DNA of 64,000 bases from the sequence record ON645936.1, one strand, 5' to 3'. The position numbers and the translations under genes are program-made. How positions within the stretch are numbered: the first letter of the stretch is position 1; each line of letters opens with the position of its first letter. Below the pieces are notes generated by a model that saw nothing but the letters and a program-made list of their open reading frames with translations, searched no databases and had not been told where the DNA came from. The DNA comes from Escherichia phage N2. Below are positions 54,310-63,065 of this stretch, one piece after another.

Positions 54310-54861
54310 ATGAAAATCTATCATTATTATTTTGACACAAAAGAATTTTACAAAGAAGAAAATTACAAACCGATTAAAGGTCTTGGTCTTCCAGCTCATT
54401 CAACAACTAAAAAGCCTTTAGAACCTAAAGAAGGATACGCAGTTGTATTTGATGAACGTATTCAGGATTGGGTTTATGAAGAAGACCATCGCGGCAAACG
54501 GGCATGGACTTTTAATAAAGAAGAAATTTTTATAAATGACATTGGAAGCCCAGTTGGTATAACTTTTGATGAGCCTGGCGAATTTGATATATGGACTGAT
54601 GATGGTTGGAAAGAAGATGAAACATATAAACGGGTTTTAATTCGTAATAGAAAAATTGAAGAATTATATAAAGAATTCCAAGTATTGAGTAATATGATCG
54701 AAGCTTCAGCTGCAAATAAAAAGGAAAAATTCTATTATCAAAACCTTAAACGGTTCTTTGCTCTTTTAGAAAAGCATGAGCATTTAGGTGGTGAATTCCC
54801 TGCATGGCCTGAAAAAGAACGGAAGCCTTGGTATAAGCGTTTATTCAAGCATTACGTATAA
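54310..54861 (+). CDS. 38: Tail fibre assembly chaperone gp38 (T4 type)
   Basis: 183 aa; MKIYHYYFDTKEFYKEENYKP... matches T4 gp38 as recalled. Confidence 0.92.
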   Translation: MKIYHYYFDTKEFYKEENYKPIKGLGLPAHSTTKKPLEPKEGYAVVFDERIQDWVYEEDHRGKRAWTFNKEEIFINDIGSPVGITFDEPGEFDIWTDDGWKEDETYKRVLIRNRKIEELYKEFQVLSNMIEASAANKKEKFYYQNLKRFFALLEKHEHLGGEFPAWPEKERKPWYKRLFKHYV

Positions 54862-54864
54862 ATA
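54857..54864 (+). promoter_or_regulatory. Late promoter TATAAATA (holin t), inside 3' end of gene 38
   Basis: Exact TATAAATA 19 nt upstream of t ATG with AAAGGAGGG RBS. Confidence 0.7.
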
Positions 54865-54882
54865 TCTTAAAAAGGAGGGTCT

Positions 54883-55539
54883 ATGGCAGCACCTAGAATA
54901 TCATTTTCGCCCTCTGATATTCTATTTGGTGTTCTAGATCGCTTGTTCAAAGATAACGCTACCGGGAAAGTTCTTGCTTCCCGGGTAGCTGTCGTAATTC
55001 TTTTGTTTATAATGGCGATTGTTTGGTATAGGGGAGATAGTTTCTTTGAGTACTATAAGCAATCAAAGTATGAAACATACCGTGAAATTATTGAAAAGGA
55101 AAGAACTGCACGCTTTGAATCTGTCGCCCTGGAACAACTCCAGATAGTTCATATATCATCTGAGGCAGACTTTAGTGCGGTGTATTCTTTCCGCCCTAAA
55201 AACTTAAACTATTTTGTTGATATTATAGCATACGAAGGAAGATTACCTTCAACAATAACTGAAAAATCACTTGGAGGATATCCTGTTGATAAAACTATGG
55301 ATGAATATACAGTTCATTTAAATGGACGTCATTATTATTCCAACTCAAAATTTGCTTTTTTACCAACTAAAAAGCCTACTCCCGAAATAAACTACATGTA
55401 CAGTTGTCCATATTTTAATTTGGATAATATCTATGCTGGAACGATAACCATGTACTGGTATAGAAATGATCATATAAGTAATGACCGCCTTGAATCAATA
55501 TGTGCTCAGGCGGCCAGAATATTAGGAAGGGCTAAATAA
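54883..55539 (+). CDS. t: Holin T
   Basis: 218 aa; single N-terminal TMD (VAVVILLFIMAIVWY) and large periplasmic domain; TATAAATA 19 nt upstream. Confidence 0.92.
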   Translation: MAAPRISFSPSDILFGVLDRLFKDNATGKVLASRVAVVILLFIMAIVWYRGDSFFEYYKQSKYETYREIIEKERTARFESVALEQLQIVHISSEADFSAVYSFRPKNLNYFVDIIAYEGRLPSTITEKSLGGYPVDKTMDEYTVHLNGRHYYSNSKFAFLPTKKPTPEINYMYSCPYFNLDNIYAGTITMYWYRNDHISNDRLESICAQAARILGRAK

Positions 55540-55812
55540 TTATTTGTTCGTATACATCTCTAGATATCGATATACACCCTCAAAACCCTCGTTGAATTCG
55601 TCGATGAGGGTTTTCTTATCTTCTTGGGTTAATTCAGAAACAATTTTACGGAATGAATTCTGATTCAACTTTCTACCTTCATGCGTTACTCCAATCTCAT
55701 TCAGAAATGCAATAAAATTAGCACGATTCTCAACAATATCTTCTCTGGAAAATTTAATCAAAATAGACGCAACAGTAATAATTTCACGAACTGTATCAAT
55801 GTTTTTATTCAT
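55540..55812 (-). CDS. asiA: Anti-sigma70 factor AsiA
   Basis: 90 aa; MNKNIDTVREIITVASILIKFSRED... as in T4 AsiA. Confidence 0.9.
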   Translation of the reverse strand: MNKNIDTVREIITVASILIKFSREDIVENRANFIAFLNEIGVTHEGRKLNQNSFRKIVSELTQEDKKTLIDEFNEGFEGVYRYLEMYTNK

Positions 55813-55823
55813 TAACTATACCA

Positions 55824-55977
55824 CTCAATTAGTTGACTTTATTATAATATCATCAGACGTTTGATTTGTAAACTGGTCTGTGTTATTTTCTTCAAAAATT
55901 TTTTCTACGAATTCCTTGAACGACTCACGTTCCTGAGCTACATTATGCTCGATTACCTTTTCAAGATTATGACTCAT
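55824..55977 (-). CDS. Hypothetical small acidic protein (50 aa, below track cutoff)
   Basis: Own translation MSHNLEKVIEHNVAQERESFKEFVEKIFEENNTDQF...; ATGA overlap with arn stop; coordinates approximate. Confidence 0.35.
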
Positions 55978-56252
55978 TCGAAATAATCTTCAATTTCGTA
56001 ATCATGGACGTAAATCATTATAGTTTTTAATACATCATCAATACTTTTTCCTGGAGCTGGAATTACGTAAAAATATCCTGCTTTTGAGAGGTCTTTATAA
56101 GTTCCAACCAAGAAATCATTATTCTCGAGATGTAGTTCTTCAACTAATTCATTAACAATTGAGTGGTATAAATTTGGTAGAAACTTATATAGCTTTTCTA
56201 GAATATCAATTTTTATTGTATATTGAACTACAGATTGAGAATCAATAATCAT
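55974..56252 (-). CDS. arn: Anti-restriction nuclease protein Arn (acidic DNA mimic)
   Basis: 92 aa, acidic; T4 Arn length and position after asiA. Confidence 0.78.
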   Translation of the reverse strand: MIIDSQSVVQYTIKIDILEKLYKFLPNLYHSIVNELVEELHLENNDFLVGTYKDLSKAGYFYVIPAPGKSIDDVLKTIMIYVHDYEIEDYFE

Positions 56253-56335
56253 AGACCTTCCCCTTATGTTTCTGTTTGCGATTAGATTCTTTAAACGCTT
56301 TCTTCTTATCTTTATGGACAGAAGCTCTATTAAAA

Positions 56336-56554
56336 TTATGTTTTGCGACTAAATTGTTCATAATGCTGAATTACCTCTCTTAAACATTTGCATGTGAATG
56401 AAAACTTTTTAGCTACACCACATTCAAATATATGTTCTCTTAAATCACGTGTATCAGTATATCCCATCTCAACAATAAAATGCCGTATTAGATTTTTATC
56501 TTTATCATTGAGAGAGTTAAAATAATCGGATTTTGAATTAATTTCCCTGGCCAA
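56336..56554 (-). CDS. Hypothetical protein
   Basis: 72-aa ORF. Confidence 0.4.
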   Translation of the reverse strand: MAREINSKSDYFNSLNDKDKNLIRHFIVEMGYTDTRDLREHIFECGVAKKFSFTCKCLREVIQHYEQFSRKT

Positions 56555-56834
56555 ATTGAATCACCTTCAGTTGACGTTTTAGTTCTTTTATCATTTCTTC
56601 GTTCATCGCAATATAAAGATCGCGTAAAGCAGGCTTTAGCATTCCATTTATTGGGGAACTAAATGGACATACATAATCTTTTCCTACGAGCTTTTTAGTG
56701 AATTCCATATTACAGAACTGAAATGCCGGTTCATTGGCATAAATTCCCCAATTGGTTGACATCATTTTATTGGCATATTCCAATGCCTGGATTTGATTCA
56801 TAATTCCATCAATTTGAAACTTTTTAATATTCAT
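56538..56834 (-). CDS. Hypothetical protein
   Basis: 98-aa ORF. Confidence 0.4.
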   Translation of the reverse strand: MNIKKFQIDGIMNQIQALEYANKMMSTNWGIYANEPAFQFCNMEFTKKLVGKDYVCPFSSPINGMLKPALRDLYIAMNEEMIKELKRQLKVIQFGQGN

Positions 56835-57295
56835 TAGTAAAGGTCCTCAGAGTAAAGTTCTTTTTCACTACCACCGCGTTCAATACGTACTTGTCCAGCA
56901 TAAGTTGCAATAATCATTGCTTCTTCACGTGTCCAATAATTACTATATTGGTCAATAAACCCTTGGTCATCATCACAAACTTGTTGAGTAACTAATTGAG
57001 GTTTAACTACATCTAAAACTTCTGCCATATCTTTAGAATAATGACGAGCACCTGGAATAACAAGATTTCGTCCATCTTTTAATTTAAAACGATTGGCGGC
57101 ACAAACAATTCGTCGTTGATACTTTTGGTTTTCATCCCAGTATGCGGTCTGCCAACAGATTTCAGGAACTTCTTTCAGAATATCTTCTTCTGTGCATTTA
57201 TAACCATGTGCTTTAAATTTTTCAGCAAGACTTTCTGGAGTCTCACGAGATAAAGGAACATTCAGCATTTTTAAACGATTGATAAATGGGTTCAT
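56834..57295 (-). CDS. Hypothetical protein
   Basis: 153-aa ORF. Confidence 0.45.
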   Translation of the reverse strand: MNPFINRLKMLNVPLSRETPESLAEKFKAHGYKCTEEDILKEVPEICWQTAYWDENQKYQRRIVCAANRFKLKDGRNLVIPGARHYSKDMAEVLDVVKPQLVTQQVCDDDQGFIDQYSNYWTREEAMIIATYAGQVRIERGGSEKELYSEDLY

Positions 57296-57621
57296 TTAAA
57301 CCATCCTTTAATACGTTGCCACAAAGTTTTCTGTTGAGCTTTGTTAACACCAATTGAGCGAATAACCGGTTGAGATTCCTGGAATTCTTTATAATCAGCA
57401 AGGTAAATTTCGTAAGCTGCATCTGTAAATGAACTTATCGCTGCCATAAAATTATTGCGAATACCTACTGGAGCATCTTTACTTTCACGAATAATCATGT
57501 ATTTACCAGTCTTAATCTTTACGATAGTTCCAAGATAAGCTCCATGGTACCAGATATCCCACCCCTCTTGAGTGGGTTCTGCACAACGACGAAGTTCATT
57601 AACAATTTCTAACTTGTTCAT
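57292..57621 (-). CDS. Hypothetical protein
   Basis: 109-aa ORF, overlaps previous start. Confidence 0.45.
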   Translation of the reverse strand: MNKLEIVNELRRCAEPTQEGWDIWYHGAYLGTIVKIKTGKYMIIRESKDAPVGIRNNFMAAISSFTDAAYEIYLADYKEFQESQPVIRSIGVNKAQQKTLWQRIKGWFK

Positions 57622-57631
57622 TATTTATTCC

Positions 57632-58267
57632 TCACAGTTCAGATGCTACGGTGATTACTGCTTCAATGTTTTCTGCCGAGCGTTTAATGTCAAGATACAC
57701 ATTACCGTTTTTAGCGATTTTACATGACATTCCGATATCAGTAAATTTCTGAATATGATGTTCCATCATTTTGTATCCAAAAATTCGCATATTTCCATTG
57801 TTGTTAATTTCAAAATTACGAATTCCGTGAGTGCGTTTTTCTAAAATAGCGAGATAGTTACTGCGATAAGTTTCAACTTTTTTGAGAACAAATCCATTTT
57901 CATCTAAAAGTTTTAACATAAGGTCTTTATCTTCTTCCATATCAGAAGTAATTTCGCGAGCTTTACGAGTTGCTCGTTTTTTCAGCAGTTCCGGAGCATT
58001 TTCCTGTGCGTATAAAGTTGCTGCATTTGAAATAATATCCTGAGCTTCACCTGTAATGATTAATCCATCACCAGATTTCTCCACCAGGCCTTTTTTAATC
58101 AATACCCCAATATTACTATTAACTACTGCATTACCTAAATCTGGATGCACCTCACGAACTTCTGCGGCTGTAATGAAATCTTTCTTAGCAATGGTAATTA
58201 AAATCGCAGCAGTTTTTTCATTCAGAACATCGTTAGAAGCTTTGATGATGTAAGTTACTTTAGACAT
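57632..58267 (-). CDS. motA: Middle transcription activator MotA
   Basis: 211 aa; MSKVTYIIKASNDVLNEKTAAILITIAKK... as in T4 MotA; early promoter unit upstream. Confidence 0.9.
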   Translation of the reverse strand: MSKVTYIIKASNDVLNEKTAAILITIAKKDFITAAEVREVHPDLGNAVVNSNIGVLIKKGLVEKSGDGLIITGEAQDIISNAATLYAQENAPELLKKRATRKAREITSDMEEDKDLMLKLLDENGFVLKKVETYRSNYLAILEKRTHGIRNFEINNNGNMRIFGYKMMEHHIQKFTDIGMSCKIAKNGNVYLDIKRSAENIEAVITVASEL

Positions 58268-58299
58268 TTTCTAATCTCCGTAATTCTGTATCAGTAGTT

Positions 58300-58345
58300 G
58301 ATAGTTGTATAGTACCACAGTATGCTTTGGTTGTAAACCGTTTTG
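58300..58345 (-). promoter_or_regulatory. T4-type early promoter, minus strand, upstream of motA
   Basis: rc GTTTAC-N18-TACTAT; near-identical to the 41965-42005 unit. Confidence 0.6.
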
Positions 58346-58367
58346 TGAAAAAAAATTTGAAATAAAA

Positions 58368-58392
58368 AAGGGAGAGCCTCGGCTCTCCCTAA
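58368..58392 (-). terminator. Intrinsic terminator (in cassette upstream of motA promoter)
   Basis: GGGAGAGCC-GAGGCUCUCCC hairpin followed by U-run on minus strand. Confidence 0.65.
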
Positions 58393-58394
58393 AA

Positions 58395-58544
58395 TTACTG
58401 CATGACTGTGATAACTGTCATGATAACACGTTGAATGCCGAACGCAAGAAGACCTCCTGCTACGGCTGGAACAACACCTAAACCCGCCAGTAAAATGCTA
58501 CCAGATACTAATGCCGCGCTCGTAATACCAATGAATGGACTCAT
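58395..58544 (-). CDS. Hypothetical small membrane protein (49 aa, below track cutoff)
   Basis: Own translation MSPFIGITSAALVSGSILLAGLGVVPAVAGG...; ATGA overlap with gene 52 stop; coordinates approximate. Confidence 0.3.
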   Translation of the reverse strand: MSPFIGITSAALVSGSILLAGLGVVPAVAGGLLAFGIQRVIMTVITVMQ

Positions 58545-59869
58545 TTAATTTCCTCTAAATCTTTAGTGTATTCTGTAACTACATCAGTAGTTTTCCAATA
58601 TTCGTTTTCTTCTTTTTTAGCTTTAGCTTCTTCAGCAAGTTTCTTTGCTTCGTCGGAAGTCATATGAAAAATATTCATTCCGACTAGTTTATCAACATAA
58701 GAAGAATACATATCAATTTTAGAAAGTTCTTCGGTCAGTTCTTTACGAGTTTTACCCTGCACAACAATTTCACCTGAAATTACTTTCTTAATGAAATGTG
58801 CCTTGGCAAAGGCTAAACGAAATGCTGATTCAGTTTCTTTGATTTTGTTATCAATTCGTTTTTGGACATAAGTTTTACGAACTTCAACGAAGTCTTTGAT
58901 TAAATCAACTACGTTATCGTAAACTTGCAGCTTTCCTTTCTCATTAATGACTGTAATATTCTGAGAACGACGCTCAATCAACCCGAAGTCTTTCATGATT
59001 TTTGCATGGCGTTCTTCTTCGTTATCACTCAAAGAGTATTCTTTGCGGAATTTAACTTTAAAGCCAAAACCATGCTCACCGCAAGCATCATCCCATGTAA
59101 TGAAGCCTTTATCTTCAAGCGGGTCTAAGATTTTACTCACGTAAGTTTCACGATCGTACTTATATGGAATCTCAGTGATATTCATTTGAGTTCGTGAAGT
59201 AAACTTGTATGTTCCACGAATTTCATATTGACCGTCAATTTCAACGACTTCACCACGAAATTCTGGGAATTCTACCTTCGGTTTAGTTACTTTCTTTCCT
59301 TGAAGAGCTTGTAATACAGCTTTCTTGACAGAAGAAACACTATGAGGAAGAATGTAAGTTGCATAACCAGTTGCAATACCGGAAACACCATTAAGAAGAA
59401 CAGTAGGAATAATAGGCAAATAGAAAGCAGGCGGAATGTGTTCTTTATCTTGATGTACCGGAGCATATTCAGTATCTTTATATACGTTATAGAAATTTTT
59501 ACTTACACGAGCAAAAATATAACGACTCGCCGCTGCTTTTTGAACGGTACGAGAACCAAAGTTTCCTTGACCATCTAACAAAGGAAAGTTATTATTCCAA
59601 GTGTTAGCCATCAAAGCCCCTGCATCTTGTGCAGAGTTTTCGCCATGATGATATCCAAGGTCCGCTACACCGCCTGCAATAGAAGCGAGTTTGTGAAACT
59701 TATCTTTATTTCCTCGTGCCAAATCAAGAGCTCGAGCAATAACAAATCGTTGAACTGGCTTAAATCCATCAATCATATTTGGGATAGCACGATTTTCAAC
59801 CGTGTACATAGCATAAGCCAGTGCTTCATTATCAATGATACTTTTTAAATCGCGATTATTCAGTTGCAT
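58541..59869 (-). CDS. 52: DNA topoisomerase II medium subunit gp52
   Basis: 442 aa; type II topoisomerase A-subunit-like region with active-site Tyr context (AASRYIFARV). Confidence 0.92.
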   Translation of the reverse strand: MQLNNRDLKSIIDNEALAYAMYTVENRAIPNMIDGFKPVQRFVIARALDLARGNKDKFHKLASIAGGVADLGYHHGENSAQDAGALMANTWNNNFPLLDGQGNFGSRTVQKAAASRYIFARVSKNFYNVYKDTEYAPVHQDKEHIPPAFYLPIIPTVLLNGVSGIATGYATYILPHSVSSVKKAVLQALQGKKVTKPKVEFPEFRGEVVEIDGQYEIRGTYKFTSRTQMNITEIPYKYDRETYVSKILDPLEDKGFITWDDACGEHGFGFKVKFRKEYSLSDNEEERHAKIMKDFGLIERRSQNITVINEKGKLQVYDNVVDLIKDFVEVRKTYVQKRIDNKIKETESAFRLAFAKAHFIKKVISGEIVVQGKTRKELTEELSKIDMYSSYVDKLVGMNIFHMTSDEAKKLAEEAKAKKEENEYWKTTDVVTEYTKDLEEIK

Positions 59870-59875
59870 AAATTT

Positions 59876-60014
59876 ACCATACTAGTGAATGTAGTGCCAT
59901 AATAACATCAGAAATGAAAAGCACGACTTGAATTAATCCGAACATTACTCCATAATATAGTGCTACCAATAAAGCAGCAAGGGCTACTGAGTAGCCCAAG
60001 ATTTTCTTAATCAT
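59876..60014 (-). CDS. Hypothetical small membrane protein (about 46 aa)
   Basis: Own translation MIKKILGYSVALAALLVALYYGVMFGL...; hydrophobic; coordinates approximate. Confidence 0.3.
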
Positions 60015-60165
60015 TAGTAGATAACAACACAAATGTTAAATATGCACACATACCCTGAGCTAAAGCTTGTGAAAACACGCTGCTGGCATCAATACAGATA
60101 GTTAAAACACATGCTACTATCCAACAAATAAATGAAATAACTCCTAATAATTTTGCAATATTCAT
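60007..60165 (-). CDS. ac: Small membrane protein, likely acridine-resistance protein Ac
   Basis: Own translation MNIAKLLGVISFICWIVACVLTICIDASS... (~52 aa); size and position between 52 and stp as in T4. Confidence 0.5.
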   Translation of the reverse strand: MNIAKLLGVISFICWIVACVLTICIDASSVFSQALAQGMCAYLTFVLLSTND

Positions 60166-60172
60166 ATTTTCC

Positions 60173-60253
60173 TCACTGGCGTCCGAAGATGCCTTTAGTT
60201 TTAAGATTATTACGATAGAACTGCATCACATGTTCGTTATGGAAATTGCTCAT
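60173..60253 (-). CDS. stp: Stp peptide (26 aa; modulator of host PrrC/EcoprrI system)
   Basis: Own translation [26 protein letters not shown]; TAATG overlap with ndd stop. Confidence 0.8.
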   Translation of the reverse strand: MSNFHNEHVMQFYRNNLKTKGIFGRQ

Positions 60254-60708
60254 TAATATGCCTGCAAAACAAATTTAAAGTTATCAGCCAACATACGGTT
60301 CATTTCTTCAAGCGTTTGATACTCAGAATGATGATTACGAGTAAACGCTAAAGCTAACTGACCCTTTCCAAATCCCGTCGTCAGAGGTTTCATCTTAGAA
60401 GCAGGTAGATAAAATACTGTGTATGCAACATTGTTATTCGCAATAGTACGCGCGAGCTGAGACCGACGCTGGCGAATATGACTTAGAACTGCACTGAATC
60501 CTTGCTTAGAACGCTGATTACCTACATAAAACCGCGCAGATACACACGAACTATCAAATGGACCACCAAATTTGCTCACTAAAAAGTAAAATCCAGGGTT
60601 AGACAAAATGTCTTTATGTGGAGTTCCAAAAACCCATTCACCGCCCTTGATTGTACCAATAACAGTTGCCCCTGCATTATTCAGATCAGTAACAGTCATA
60701 TATTTCAT
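60253..60708 (-). CDS. ndd: Nucleoid disruption protein Ndd
   Basis: Track ORF trimmed to [23 protein letters not shown]... (151 aa) as in T4 Ndd. Confidence 0.85.
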   Translation of the reverse strand: MKYMTVTDLNNAGATVIGTIKGGEWVFGTPHKDILSNPGFYFLVSKFGGPFDSSCVSARFYVGNQRSKQGFSAVLSHIRQRRSQLARTIANNNVAYTVFYLPASKMKPLTTGFGKGQLALAFTRNHHSEYQTLEEMNRMLADNFKFVLQAY

Positions 60709-60768
60709 TTTAATTTCCTCTAAATTATTTTCTACTCCAAGGCCGCATGAATACATACGGCCGATAAA

Positions 60769-60984
60769 TTAATCGTCGCAGTCGACGCTTAATTCCCAGA
60801 ACTCTTCTACAGTATAAGTTTCAGTATCATTTTCAATACAGAAACGTTCATTGCTGTTATTTGCTAAAGTAGCGTTAACTGTCATTTTCTCGCTAGTGCT
60901 TTTAAGAGGCGAAATACGAATTAACTGATCACCATTATCTAAGCAAAAAATTTCACCAACTTTTACATCTTTAAAGATTTTCAT
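60769..60984 (-). CDS. Hypothetical protein
   Basis: 71-aa ORF after ndd. Confidence 0.45.
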   Translation of the reverse strand: MKIFKDVKVGEIFCLDNGDQLIRISPLKSTSEKMTVNATLANNSNERFCIENDTETYTVEEFWELSVDCDD

Positions 60985-61099
60985 AATTCACCTCAGGGAG
61001 TATAAAATCCAAATGCAGTTGTTGACCATCCCATCCAATACGGAAAATTTGCGCCAATGTAAAACATAAGAATATAAAACCAACCACTCAGCAAATTCA

Positions 61100-61297
61100 T
61101 CATTTTACACCATTCCAAATTGTTTCAACTACAGATTTTAAGCCATTTTGATGAATGTCCATTCCGACAACTGCCATCAAATAGATTCCAACTACAACTG
61201 AACCCAAGGCGAAAATCAGCATGAAAATGAATAAAGCTGGAAAAATATTATCGAAAAACCATTCAATAAATGTAAAGGCACTGCGTTTACGCTTCAT
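61100..61297 (-). CDS. Hypothetical small membrane protein
   Basis: Track ORF trimmed to MKRKRSAF... with GAGGA RBS; two hydrophobic segments. Confidence 0.4.
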   Translation of the reverse strand: MKRKRSAFTFIEWFFDNIFPALFIFMLIFALGSVVVGIYLMAVVGMDIHQNGLKSVVETIWNGVK

Positions 61298-61304
61298 ATT
61301 TTCC

Positions 61305-61418
61305 TCACATAAATCCAAAGTAAGCGTTTAATACATCAATCATTAAAACGATTGGGAATATACTCAAAACTACTAATATTATAACTACATTCCATATAGC
61401 TTTAACAATCTTTTTCAT
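61305..61418 (-). CDS. Hypothetical small membrane protein
   Basis: Track ORF trimmed to MKKIVKAIWNVVIILVVLSIF... with GGAGGA RBS; 5' remainder of track ORF is promoter DNA. Confidence 0.35.
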   Translation of the reverse strand: MKKIVKAIWNVVIILVVLSIFPIVLMIDVLNAYFGFM

Positions 61419-61439
61419 TTTCTGTTCCTCCGTAGTTGA

Positions 61440-61480
61440 TAGAGTAATAATACCACAGAGGAACGGTCTTGTAAACAACT
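61440..61480 (-). promoter_or_regulatory. T4-type early promoter, minus strand
   Basis: rc GTTTAC-N18-TATTAT upstream of small membrane ORF. Confidence 0.5.
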
Positions 61481-61693
61481 TTTTTAAAAATATTCGTAAT
61501 AAATGTGAATACCAATCACTACTGCCGAAACTTGTGCAACCCACCACGCACAAGCAATAAGTACAGAATTAAAAATTTTCATAATAACCTCATCACAAAA
61601 GTAAATGTTAAACAAATTAATGGAATACTAATTAACCAAACGAAACACCACCATAATGAACTCATAGTTCAATCTCAACGATTTTCATTTTAC

Positions 61694-61900
61694 TCAATAA
61701 TCCGCTAAAAGATCGACAATTGCATCACGAAGACACTTATTCGCAATACGTTTAAGAGCAATTTCAGTTTCTGGAGCATTTTGAATAATCATTGAATTCA
61801 ATTCAGCCTCAGCAAACTGAAGTTCTTTAACTAATTCAGCTTTATATTTTCCTTGCCCTTTCTTAGCTTTTGCTCGTTTTAATTCAGCCGTAGTAAACAT
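61694..61900 (-). CDS. Hypothetical protein
   Basis: Track ORF trimmed to MFTTAELKRAKAKKGQ... (68 aa) with GGAGA RBS downstream of early promoter unit. Confidence 0.45.
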   Translation of the reverse strand: MFTTAELKRAKAKKGQGKYKAELVKELQFAEAELNSMIIQNAPETEIALKRIANKCLRDAIVDLLADY

Positions 61901-61924
61901 TTTTATTCTCCAATCCATATCAGT

Positions 61925-61970
61925 TGATAGTTGTATAGTACCACGGTCCTTGTGGTATGTAAACCGTTTT
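61925..61970 (-). promoter_or_regulatory. T4-type early promoter, minus strand
   Basis: rc GTTTAC-N18-TACTAT upstream of ORF 61694..61900. Confidence 0.55.
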
Positions 61971-61980
61971 GTGAAAATTT

Positions 61981-62538
61981 TTAAATAGAAAGATACCATC
62001 CGTTGTAGTTGCTTTTTCTTACAACCTTACGAAGGTCTTCTCTATCACCGATGAACTTCGGAGTGTACTGGATGACACCTGGATGAATTTCTTTAGTGTT
62101 GAATATAATTATACAGTCAGCGACTTGATGATTCAGAATGGGCCCTAGATTTATTCCAGAACCGTATGGATACTCTCCGCTGCATCCGGTTGTTACCGAA
62201 ATCCAACGTGAGTCAGTTTGATGTGTCTTAACTTCTACACGAAGTCCACAGTATCTTGGGTGCGCCAATACATCCCATGCGTACGTATACGGGTCATTAA
62301 CATCCTCTTGGCCTTTGTTAACATACCCGCTCAGCCAATCTGCTACAAAAAACTCTGCATACACAGCGATACGGCATCTTTCGATAACTTCTGCTTTATC
62401 CTGGTTCGGGTTTTGTTTTAAAGAGTATCTTGCTGTATCAGCAATTTTGACCTTCATTTCACTAGTCAAGTCACTGTTCGATAGGGTAAATGTCGGAATC
62501 TGAAATAGTCTCTGTAAACCCGGATTCGTTTTCTGCAT
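61981..62538 (-). CDS. denB: Endonuclease IV (dC-specific endonuclease)
   Basis: 185 aa, T4 DenB length and position between ndd cluster and rIIB. Confidence 0.75.
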   Translation of the reverse strand: MQKTNPGLQRLFQIPTFTLSNSDLTSEMKVKIADTARYSLKQNPNQDKAEVIERCRIAVYAEFFVADWLSGYVNKGQEDVNDPYTYAWDVLAHPRYCGLRVEVKTHQTDSRWISVTTGCSGEYPYGSGINLGPILNHQVADCIIIFNTKEIHPGVIQYTPKFIGDREDLRKVVRKSNYNGWYLSI

Positions 62539-62800
62539 TTAGACTTTCCTTTTTACCACTAAGATAAGCGTTATATACTTTAAGAGTACCATAATAAATT
62601 CGATCATTTTCATTTAAAGACTCACGGTCAAGTTCATCGAGTTTCTTTTTATCCATGACTATAACATCATTGCAGTAAAGAACTCCAAGTTTTTCGTGAC
62701 CAAACTCAAATTTATTACAGTACACAATATTAGCGTGATGATTTCCGTGCAGTTTAATCTCTTTTATGTCGGAATCACCGATATTCATACAATAAATCAT
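62471..62800 (-). CDS. Hypothetical protein
   Basis: 109-aa ORF whose 3' end overlaps denB 5' end by ~68 nt. Confidence 0.4.
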   Translation of the reverse strand: MIYCMNIGDSDIKEIKLHGNHHANIVYCNKFEFGHEKLGVLYCNDVIVMDKKKLDELDRESLNENDRIYYGTLKVYNAYLSGKKESLNAENESGFTETISDSDIYPIEQ

Positions 62801-62838
62801 AATTTTTCCTTAAAACAAAAGGGCCGAAGCCCCTTATT

Positions 62839-63033
62839 TTATTTGAATTGTGCAATTCTTTTCTCTAAACAATCTGCATAAGATTTCATTGAGATGAACT
62901 GCGAAAGTAGTAATTCTTGCTCAACTGCATTAACCGTTGAAAACTTTTCACTTTCTAAAAATTTGCTCAGTGCATTAATTTTGAGCATTAATTGATCGTA
63001 TTCTTCTTTTACTCGTGCCTGATAACCTAACAT
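62839..63033 (-). CDS. Hypothetical protein
   Basis: 64-aa ORF flanked by hairpin terminators. Confidence 0.4.
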   Translation of the reverse strand: MLGYQARVKEEYDQLMLKINALSKFLESEKFSTVNAVEQELLLSQFISMKSYADCLEKRIAQFK

Positions 63034-63044
63034 AATTTTCCTTA

Positions 63045-63065
63045 GTTAAGGGCCGAAGCCCTTAT
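63045..63065 (-). terminator. Intrinsic terminator after rIIB
   Basis: AAGGGC-UUCG-GCCCUU hairpin after rIIB stop. Confidence 0.6.
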
